NCBI GenBank assembly: GCA_042217585.1 | Contig: JBDGSJ010000021.1 | Span: 1-36,852, forward strand | Source: Candidatus Nanohaloarchaea archaeon | GTDB taxonomy: Archaea > Nanohalarchaeota > Nanosalinia > Nanosalinales > Nanosalinaceae | DNA: 36,852 bases | Reading direction: 5' to 3' | Part shown: in pieces, positions 26,176-34,700 of the stretch | Numbering within the stretch: the first letter of the stretch is position 1 | Layout: each line of letters opens with the position of its first letter | Position numbers and translations under genes: made by a program | The notes under the pieces: generated by a model | The model's input: the letters and a program-made list of their open reading frames with translations, nothing else | Databases searched by the model: none | What the model was told of the DNA's origin: nothing

Positions 26176-27435
26176 ATGAGGAACAGGGACCTGGAAGACG
26201 CGGACCCTGAAGTCCATGAAGCCCTCAAAAAAGAGGTGGAGAGGCAGGAGAGCGAGTCCCTCGAGATGATAGCCTCCGAGAACTTCGTCCCGAGACAGGT
26301 GCTCCAGGCGCAGGGCTCAGTCCTGACGAACAAGTACGCCGAGGGCTACCCCGGCAACCGTTACTACGCGGGCTGCGAGCACCACGACACGGTGGAGGAG
26401 CTGGCGAGGGAGCGGGCCTGCGAGATATTCGACGCGGACCACGCCAACGTCCAGCCCCACTCGGGCTCACAGGCGAACTTCGCCGCCTACTTCTCGGTGC
26501 TTGAAGCCGGAGACAGGGTGCTGGGACCGGTCCTGAGCCACGGAGGACATCTGACGCACGGCCACCACGTGAACTTCTCGGGCGAGCTTTTCGACTTCGA
26601 CACTTACTCCATCGACAGGGAGACCGGGAGGTTCGAGCGCGGGGAGATCATCGAGGCGGCGGAGGAACACGACCCGGAGATGATAGTCTGCGGGTACTCC
26701 GCCTATCCCCGGGAGATAGATTTCTCTGCTTTCCGGGAGGCGGCGGACCGCGTCGACGCATACCTGATGTGCGACATAGCCCACATCTCGGGTCTCGTCG
26801 CCGCGGGCGAACACCCCTCTCCGTTTCCCGAGTGCGATATAGTGACCACGACCACCCACAAGTCGATACGGGGTGCGAGAGGCGGGATGATAATGTGCCG
26901 GGAGGAACTGGCTGACGACGTGGACAGCGCGGTCTTCCCGTTCACGCAGGGAGGACCCCTGATGCACCAGATCGCGGGCAAGGCAGTCTGCTTCGGCGAG
27001 GCGATGAAACCGGAGTTCCGGGAGTACGCCGCACAGGTTAAGAAGAACGCCCGGGCTCTCGCGGGATCCCTGAGGGAGAACGACGTACGGCTGGTCTCCG
27101 GCGGGACCGACAACCACCTCGTCCTTGCGGACCTCAGGGATGAAGATGTGACGGGCAGAGAGGCCGAGAGGGCGCTGGAGGAGTCAGGGATAATCGTCAA
27201 CAAGAACATGGTCCCCTACGACCCCGAAGGTCCGAAGGTGACGTCGGGCATACGTGTAGGGACCCCGGCGCTGACGACCCGGGGGATGGAGGAGGACCAC
27301 CTCCGGGAGATAGGCAGGATGATAGCGAAGGTGATCAGGGATCCCTCATCCGGGGTGAAGTCGGAGGTCCGCGAGAGGGCGGAGGAGATGCTGGAGGAGC
27401 ACCCGCTCTACAGGGGCTCTGAGGTCGATTACTGA
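26176..27435 (+). CDS. glyA: serine hydroxymethyltransferase
   Basis: Motifs LEMIASEN, NKYAEGYPG.RYY, NVQPHSGSQAN, HGGHLTHG, TTTHK (PLP Lys) and SGIRVGTPA. Start ATG 26176. Confidence 0.97.
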   Translation: MRNRDLEDADPEVHEALKKEVERQESESLEMIASENFVPRQVLQAQGSVLTNKYAEGYPGNRYYAGCEHHDTVEELARERACEIFDADHANVQPHSGSQANFAAYFSVLEAGDRVLGPVLSHGGHLTHGHHVNFSGELFDFDTYSIDRETGRFERGEIIEAAEEHDPEMIVCGYSAYPREIDFSAFREAADRVDAYLMCDIAHISGLVAAGEHPSPFPECDIVTTTTHKSIRGARGGMIMCREELADDVDSAVFPFTQGGPLMHQIAGKAVCFGEAMKPEFREYAAQVKKNARALAGSLRENDVRLVSGGTDNHLVLADLRDEDVTGREAERALEESGIIVNKNMVPYDPEGPKVTSGIRVGTPALTTRGMEEDHLREIGRMIAKVIRDPSSGVKSEVRERAEEMLEEHPLYRGSEVDY

Positions 27436-27491
27436 GCCACGGGTTAAACTGAAATACTGTCGTCGAGAAGGTCTTTCCGGAGGGGAGTCAG

Positions 27492-28586
27492 ATGGAACAG
27501 TACCAGAGACTGGTAAGGAACATACTCGAAAACGCGAACTACCGTCCCAACAGGACATCCGCGGACACGCTGTCGACCTTCTCGCAGTCGTACACGATCG
27601 ACCTCTCGGAGGGATTCCCTCTCCTCACGACGAAGGACCTCTCCGGCTACAGGTGGAACTCGCTGATACACGAGCTCCTCTGGTACTTCTCCGGCGAGGA
27701 ACACATCAGGAACCTCAGGGAGGAGACGAAGATATGGGACGCCTGGGCGGACGACGAGGGAAAGCTTCCGACCGCCTACGGCCGTTTCTGGAGGCGCTAC
27801 CCCGTACCGGACCGGGAGTCCCGGCTGGACGGCGAGTGGTGGCCCGTGGACGACGAATGGGTGGAGAAAGCCGCCAAAAAATACGATCTGACGGAAGAAG
27901 AGATAAGGGAAGGGTTCGACCGATGGATAGAGGAGGAAGAGGACGGCAGGAAAGTGTTCGACCAGATAAAGTACGTCATCGACACATTAAACGGGAAACA
28001 TCCGTATAGAGGACCTGAAAGCCGGCGGCTCGTGGTGAACGCGTGGCATCCGGCGAACGCCGCGGTCTCAAAGCTTCCGCCCTGCCACTACAGCTTCGTC
28101 TTCAACGTCCAGAACGGGAAGCTCAACACCCACCTGACGCAGCGGTCCGGCGACACCGCCCTTGGAATACCTTTCAACATCGCCGCCTACGCTCTGATAA
28201 CCAAGATAGTCGCGAAGCAGACAGAGTTCGAGCCCGGAAAGTTCTCACACACCATAGTGGACTCCCACATCTACTGCGGGAGGAACGAGCGGGGCGGATG
28301 GTACGAGGAAAACGTCGAAGAGCTCAGTGAACGGGTCAGAGGCGTCTCCAGCCGCGAGGAGTTCCTCGAGGTCCGCGACTGGATACAGGAGAACGCGCCT
28401 GAGGAGAGAGATGGCGAGGAGCGGTACGACCACGTACCCGGCCTCCTGAAGCAGCTCTCCCGGGAGCCGGGAGAGAGACCGGAGATGGAGCTGCCGGAGA
28501 AGAGCATAGACGAACTGGAGTACGGGGACTTCGAGCTGAAAGGTTACGAACCCCACCCAGGGATAAAGTTCGAAGTGGCGGAGTGA
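27492..28586 (+). CDS. thyA: thymidylate synthase ThyA with insertions
   Basis: Motifs GFPLLTTK, ELLW, IWDAWA, SRRLVVNAW, LPPCH, QRSGD..LGIPFN and DSHIY. Confidence 0.96.
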   Translation: MEQYQRLVRNILENANYRPNRTSADTLSTFSQSYTIDLSEGFPLLTTKDLSGYRWNSLIHELLWYFSGEEHIRNLREETKIWDAWADDEGKLPTAYGRFWRRYPVPDRESRLDGEWWPVDDEWVEKAAKKYDLTEEEIREGFDRWIEEEEDGRKVFDQIKYVIDTLNGKHPYRGPESRRLVVNAWHPANAAVSKLPPCHYSFVFNVQNGKLNTHLTQRSGDTALGIPFNIAAYALITKIVAKQTEFEPGKFSHTIVDSHIYCGRNERGGWYEENVEELSERVRGVSSREEFLEVRDWIQENAPEERDGEERYDHVPGLLKQLSREPGERPEMELPEKSIDELEYGDFELKGYEPHPGIKFEVAE

Positions 28587-29755
28587 TGGGATACAGAGAG
28601 GCCGTGGAGGAGCTGACCTCGAGAGGCTCGGACCGGAAGGAACCGGCGCTGGAGAACACGAAAAAGGCTCTGGAGGAACTCGGAAGGCCTGACCGCGAGA
28701 CAGAGATCATCCTCGTGGGAGGGACGAACGGGAAGGGATCGGTCTCCGGGATGATATACGAGATGCTGAGGAGCCAGGGAAATTCAGCAGGGCTTTTCAG
28801 GTCCCCACACCTCGTGGACCTGAGGGAGAGGGTGGAGAAAGACGGGGAGATGATAGGCCGGGAGGAGTTCATGGAGCTCTACCAGAGGATCGGATCGCTG
28901 GAGCCGGAGCTCAGCTTCTTCGAGTTCATGACTGTCCTCGCGTACAGATTTTTCCGGGACACGGACTACGCCGTCATGGAGGTCGGCATGGGTGGAAGAC
29001 TGGATGCGACGAACGCCGCAGAGCCCGAGATCGCGGTCATAACCAACGTGGAGCTCGAGCACAGGAAATACCTCGGCAGGACCCGGGAGAAGATAGCGGA
29101 CGAGATAGCAGGGATAACGCCGGAGGACGGCGTCCTCGTGACCGACGTGGAGCTGGAAAACGTGATCGATGAGGCCGAGAGGAATGGTACAGCCATTCTA
29201 CGCCCCGAAAAATCCGGGACAGAAGGGGAAGACCACATCGTGGGGGAGGAGAGGTTCGATATACCTCTCAGAGGGTCCTTCCAGTCCGCCAACCTTGCTG
29301 ACGCCCTGAAAGCCGTGGAGGCGCTGGGGGAGAGACCTGACGACGTCGAAGGATCGCTCTCGGGCATATCATGTCCGGGCAGGATGGAGGTGGTGGACCG
29401 GGACCCTCTCTACATCCACGACGGGGCGCACAACCCTCACGCCCTGCGGGAAGTGATCTCCGACTACCCTGAGGGTTTCGCGGCGGTCTTCAGCGCCTTG
29501 GAGTCGAAGGAAGTCGACAGGATGGTGGAGGTGCTGGAGGAGAAGGCCGAGGTCCTCTACCTGACTGAGTCGGACGTGGACTGGTGCATGAACCCGGATG
29601 AGATACAGGAGCTCTGCTCCGTGCGGTCGGAGGTGGTGAGGGATCCCGGAGAAGCTGTAAGGACTGCTCGAGACCGGGGACTCCCTGTCGTGGTGACGGG
29701 CTCCCTGTACCTGGTGGGGGCGGTGAGGTCCAGGTCTATGAACGACCGTAACTGA
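28583..29755 (+). CDS. folC: folylpolyglutamate synthase / dihydrofolate synthase
   Basis: Motifs VGGTNGKGS, SPHL...RER, EVGMGGRLDATN, PGRME, DGAHN and TGSLYLVG. Confidence 0.95.
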   Translation: MMGYREAVEELTSRGSDRKEPALENTKKALEELGRPDRETEIILVGGTNGKGSVSGMIYEMLRSQGNSAGLFRSPHLVDLRERVEKDGEMIGREEFMELYQRIGSLEPELSFFEFMTVLAYRFFRDTDYAVMEVGMGGRLDATNAAEPEIAVITNVELEHRKYLGRTREKIADEIAGITPEDGVLVTDVELENVIDEAERNGTAILRPEKSGTEGEDHIVGEERFDIPLRGSFQSANLADALKAVEALGERPDDVEGSLSGISCPGRMEVVDRDPLYIHDGAHNPHALREVISDYPEGFAAVFSALESKEVDRMVEVLEEKAEVLYLTESDVDWCMNPDEIQELCSVRSEVVRDPGEAVRTARDRGLPVVVTGSLYLVGAVRSRSMNDRN

Positions 29756-29783
29756 TTAACTGTTGGGAACCGGGACCTCACCC

Positions 29784-30491
29784 ATGAGCTGGGAGGAGAA
29801 GTACTACGAGGACATACTCCCGGAGATTCAGCGTTACGCGGAAGAGGAAGCCTCCTCCTTCACCAGCAGGGACATATCGGAGAGGCTTGAAGGTTACAGC
29901 TCTTCCGAGGTCGGGAAGACCCTGAAGTACGTGGTCGAGAACGACCTGACGGACCACGTCCTGATGACCGGCAACCATCCCAAGAGCTGGGAGGCGGTCC
30001 TTCTGGACGGAAAGGCCTGGGAGCTGGCGGAGTACGGGATGGATGTCGAGCCGGCGGAACCCCAGGAGGAAGACGTGGAGGAGGAAGAGAAAAAGTTCTC
30101 GCCGCCGGAGGAGATAAGATGGATGTCCTCGAGGATCAGGGATTCGGGACTGGAGCCGGGTCTGGCGGAGCTGAGCGAGCCGGAGTACGGACGGCTCCGC
30201 AGGAATATCGGCGACGTGTACCCCGCGCTGGAGGAGGTCCGTGAAAGCGACTCACTCTTCGGGGCGGGGGACCTGGATGACCGCGTCGAGGGAGTGAGAC
30301 CGGCGGAGATCGGACTTGTGCTCTCGGGGCTGGAGTCAGCCGGTCTGCTGGAGAGCTACGGTGACAGGAACCTCTACCGGCCGGATTCCGTCGACATGGA
30401 CCGTATAGACAGTTTCATGGAGGTCCTCGAGAGGGCGGACTCCCTGGAGGAAATCGAAGGATACTTGGATGGCACCGGGGAAAACAACTGA
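29784..30491 (+). CDS. hypothetical protein with two winged-helix-like repeats
   Basis: FTSRDISERLEGYSSSEVGKTLKYV and FGAGDLDDRVEGVRPAEIGLVLSGL. Start ATG 29784. Confidence 0.65.
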   Translation: MSWEEKYYEDILPEIQRYAEEEASSFTSRDISERLEGYSSSEVGKTLKYVVENDLTDHVLMTGNHPKSWEAVLLDGKAWELAEYGMDVEPAEPQEEDVEEEEKKFSPPEEIRWMSSRIRDSGLEPGLAELSEPEYGRLRRNIGDVYPALEEVRESDSLFGAGDLDDRVEGVRPAEIGLVLSGLESAGLLESYGDRNLYRPDSVDMDRIDSFMEVLERADSLEEIEGYLDGTGENN

Positions 30492-30492
30492 C

Positions 30493-30972
30493 ATGGAGAA
30501 GGTCATCATCGCGGCGCTGGACGAGGACCGGGTCATCGGGAAGGACGGCGACGTGCCCTGGCACTACCCGGAGGACGTCAAGCATTTCAGGGAGACGACG
30601 ATGGGGAGCCCGGTCGTGATGGGAAGGAAGACCTACGAGTCCCTGCCGGAGGACTACAGACCTCTACCGGGCAGGACCAACATAGTACTGACGCGGTCCG
30701 GAAAGGATTACGGGGAGGAGACCAGGAAGGCCGGAAGCCTCGAGGAGGCCTGGGAGGAGGCGGAAAAGACCGGGGAAGACACGGTATACATAATCGGAGG
30801 AGAATCAGTCTACAGGCAGACCCTGGAACAGGCGGACAGGATGGTCCTGACCGAGATACCCGGGGAACACGACGGCGACACCTACTTCCCGGACTGGGAC
30901 GGGGAGGACTGGCGCGAGACCTCGAGGGATGATATCGGGGACCTCTCCATCGTGGAGTACACCCGCGTCTGA
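30493..30972 (+). CDS. folA: dihydrofolate reductase
   Basis: Motifs IIAALDEDRVIG..G.VPW, D..HF...T, VMGRKTYES, PLPGRTNIVLTR, IIGGE and GDTYFP. Confidence 0.96.
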   Translation: MEKVIIAALDEDRVIGKDGDVPWHYPEDVKHFRETTMGSPVVMGRKTYESLPEDYRPLPGRTNIVLTRSGKDYGEETRKAGSLEEAWEEAEKTGEDTVYIIGGESVYRQTLEQADRMVLTEIPGEHDGDTYFPDWDGEDWRETSRDDIGDLSIVEYTRV

Positions 30973-31047
30973 GGACCCCTGCACGTTTCTCTACCCCTGT
31001 CTTACCCCATCGTTTATGTAGTTCTCACGAGTAATGTTATCTCTGGC

Positions 31048-31632
31048 ATGTCTGAATCATTCGATCCGAACGCAGAGTACGGGCAGGCCTGCAGGGAGCT
31101 TTACGCTCTCCAGGACGAATCACTGAAGACACAGAGGATCCTGCGGCATTTCGAAGACATATCAGACCACGGAGAAGTGGAAAACGAAGAATACGCAGAG
31201 CTGATGGACGAGCACGCAGAGAAAGCGCGGGAGGAGGCGAACGAACAGATCGAAAGGTTCCTGGACCAGGCGGAGACCTTCTACGATCAGGTCTCAGGAC
31301 TGGTGAGCTACCTGAGCATCGAGGAGAACGATCCGGAGGACCCCGAGTACAGGCACTGGGCGGATGTCAGCTCGAGACTTGACGAGATGGACCGGGGCGT
31401 GGAGGTCGATGTGAAGAGCTTCGACTACGAACCCGGGAAGGAAGACGAACTGGGCGAGGAACAGCTGGCGCACGGAACCCAGTGGCTCGTCCACCAGTAC
31501 GAGAACGTGAGAGAGACGGTCGAGGAGCACTACGAGCCGATGCTGGACGAAGAGATGCCGTCGCTGGTAGAAGGCATGGAGGATATAGAGAGGGATAAAG
31601 GTGAGCAGCTCCTTCAGGGCGCTGCCCGTTAA
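31048..31632 (+). CDS. hypothetical acidic helical protein
   Basis: 194-aa ORF with typical codon usage, TTTATG promoter-like element upstream and a T-tract downstream. Confidence 0.8.
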   Translation: MSESFDPNAEYGQACRELYALQDESLKTQRILRHFEDISDHGEVENEEYAELMDEHAEKAREEANEQIERFLDQAETFYDQVSGLVSYLSIEENDPEDPEYRHWADVSSRLDEMDRGVEVDVKSFDYEPGKEDELGEEQLAHGTQWLVHQYENVRETVEEHYEPMLDEEMPSLVEGMEDIERDKGEQLLQGAAR

Positions 31633-31636
31633 CCAC

Positions 31637-31652
31637 CCTCTTTCTTTTTTCT
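31637..31652 (+). terminator. oligo-pyrimidine/T-tract archaeal terminator
   Basis: CTCTTTCTTTTTTCT immediately after the stop at 31632. Confidence 0.55.
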
Positions 31653-31706
31653 CCGGGGAGCCCGACAAACAACCCATTTAAACAGGAATCACGGTTTTAG
31701 AGTATA

Positions 31707-34700
31707 ATGGGTCCTGGCTACAAAGGGCTGAAATCAGGCAAGGTCCTGGCGATCCTGGCGCTCGCAGTCGCACTTACCGGTCCGGGCGCAGCATGGTGGA
31801 ACAGCGAATGGACCTACAGGAAGCCTTTCTCGGTGTCCAATCCCACGGGGAACGACGTAACGAACTTTCCCGCGAACGTGACCCTTAACACGAAACAGCT
31901 GATAGACAACGGGAAGATCCAGAGTGACTGCGGGGACCTCAGGATAGTGGAGGGCGACCCAGGAAAAGTGCTGAAGTATAACGTGACTGACTGCAACACC
32001 ACGGACACCACGGTGTTCTTCTCCGTGGACGTGGCACCGGGCTCGACGAACCAGGACCTCTACATCTACTACGGCAATCCTTCAGCCTCGGAGGCCGAGC
32101 AGGACGTCCCAACCCGCATCATCAACGGCAACGGCGAGTCAGGAAGCATGGCCTACTGGTGCTCTAACAGGGAGTCATCGGCTCCGCAGGGCCTGGACAG
32201 CTTTTACTCCGGGACCGCCTGCGACGGGAAAAACCAGAGCGACAGCGCCCAATGGGAAAGCGATTATACCGGTTACGACAGGATCGTGAACTCGGCGACC
32301 GGCGACTGGATGACGGGACCTGTCACCGGCGGACCGACGGTCAGCGAGGGAGAGGACGACTCCGTGCTTGACGCCTCAGATACTAACACGCCGGGCTACA
32401 ACGCCTTCCTTGCCTACTCGGGCAACGCCTCCGGCATCGGGCTGAAAGGAGTGAAGGTCCCGGGCGGGGTCCAGGCACACGCCTGGTTCCACGTCCAGTG
32501 GCAGAGCATGGACGCCGACCACTGCTCAGACAACATCTGGGTCGGCACGCGGAACGAGACAGGCTGCGGCGGCGCTGAGAGAGTCGACGCGGGATGGTTC
32601 ATCGGCGACGGCAACAGCGGTCCGTCGGGGGACATGCTGTGGAGACATCTTCTTCAGGGGGACACTGTCTCGAAAGGCGAATGGCTCACGAACTCGACCG
32701 TGGACCCTCAGGCAGGAGAATGGGTCTACCCGTTCGCGATGACCACCCACGGAGGAGGAGCGGACGACTCGCTGGTCCAGATAGACGACTTCTACTGGAG
32801 TGATTCCTCCGGAAGCCCTGTCAACCTTCCTACCTCCAAAAAACCCGAGGAATCGTACTCCGCGATCAAGAAGGTCAGGACCTACAGGAACGGGAAGCCG
32901 AGGTCCTTCTTCGCGCCGAACAGTACCGCGAACATCAGGATAAACGCGAGCTTCAGCCAGAAGCCCTCTCTAGGAATCATAGACTCAGGGGGAGACCTCG
33001 TGGTGAACGGCGTGAAAGCCGCGAACCGGTCCGGTCTCTTCACCTACAACTTCACGGTCCAGGGGGACCGCGGATGGTACGATGTAGGTCTCCAGAGACT
33101 CAAGTTCCACTGGTTGACGGATTCGAATATGGCATGGAGGGATGGGAACCGGACCAACGTCACCGTCCTGAACGGGAACCTGACGATATTCAACCGGGAC
33201 GGACCGATCCGGTCCGACGGCTCTACCTGGAAGACCATGAAACTGGCCCAGAGCTTCACAAACCCTGTGGTGTTCGCGACCGTGAACACCGCGGATTCAG
33301 GGGATGGACCGAACCTGGCGAAGGTCAGGAACGTGACGAAGAGGAGCTTCGAGGTGAAGTTCTGCGAGCACGACGGGACCGACGGGGGATGCGAGAGCCA
33401 CCAGAAAGAGGATGTCGGCTGGTTCATAGGGGAGCTCAGCGACCTCGACTCTATAACCGGGATAGAAGCCGGCAAGACCACTCTCGGCACCAGCTCGGAC
33501 AGTTCAGGGGAAGCGAAGTCGATAAGCTTCCAGGAGAGCTTCAGCAGCGACGCGATAGTGATCGCGGAGCAGCAGACCTACAACCATCCGGGAGAGTCCA
33601 TCGTTCAGGTCCCGACCACAGGGACAGGAAGCTTCAGCATGTACCTGTGTGACCACGCGGGGACCAGTGATAGCTGCGAGAGCCACGGAACGGAGACCGT
33701 TGCCTGGATGGCGATAGATCCAGGCGCCTCACTTCCCTCCTTCTTCGAGGCCGGGAAGACATCGACGATTAAAGACTCAGGGTTTAAGCAGCAGAGCCTC
33801 TCCAAGTTCAGCGAGCCGCCGATGGTTCTGGCCACGATAAACACCAACAACGGGGGACAGGAAGCCAAATCCGCCCGGGTGAAAAGTGTTACTGCCAGCA
33901 GCGCTGACGTAGGATACTGCGAGCACGATGGAGGCGACACATGTGACACCCATTCCGGAGAAAGGATCGGCTGGCTGGCGGTGAAGGGCGGCACCAGAGG
34001 GAACCTGAAAAACGGGGAGTACGAGTCAGAGATCTTCAGTGCGGGGAGAACGGTCTACTGGACCAACTCGACCGTGAAGGACCATGTGCCTGCGCAGACC
34101 GGCTACAACCTGACCTATGCGACGAACACCTCGGGAAGCTGGAAGTACTATGAGAACGTGACCGATGTCCCGGCCTCGAGGTTCCTGAAGTTCAACATCT
34201 CGATGCGTGGGAACGGGACGACCGCGCCGGAGATCGACTCCATCAGCGTGGAGTACAACGGTCCGGAGGATTACAGCCTCATCAGGGAGAACGTCTTCTA
34301 CAGGTCGGAGAGATGGAAAGGCAACTTCACGGACGGCGACGGGAACAAGTACTCGTTCAGGAGGAACCTGACGGTCACCGAGCCAGGGATATCGGACCGC
34401 TGGTTCGCCCCTGTCAGGATGGAGCTGAACTTCACTTTCTCGCCTTCCAGAGGATCTATCCGGGTGGTGGCGTGGAACGGGAGCAGGATGCTGGAGATCC
34501 CCTCACAGCTCTACGACGTGAACATGTCGGGGGGCGCAGTCCAGGACGCAAGCATCGCGATGATGGCGAGTTTCAACAGGAGCGAGGAAAGGACCTTCTA
34601 CGTGATGTCGGCAAGAGCCAGCTACCCGAAGAGCTACAGCGGGCTCAATAATACGGATAACGGGCCTGATGAGGCTGTGGGTAACAAGTACTACACTGCG

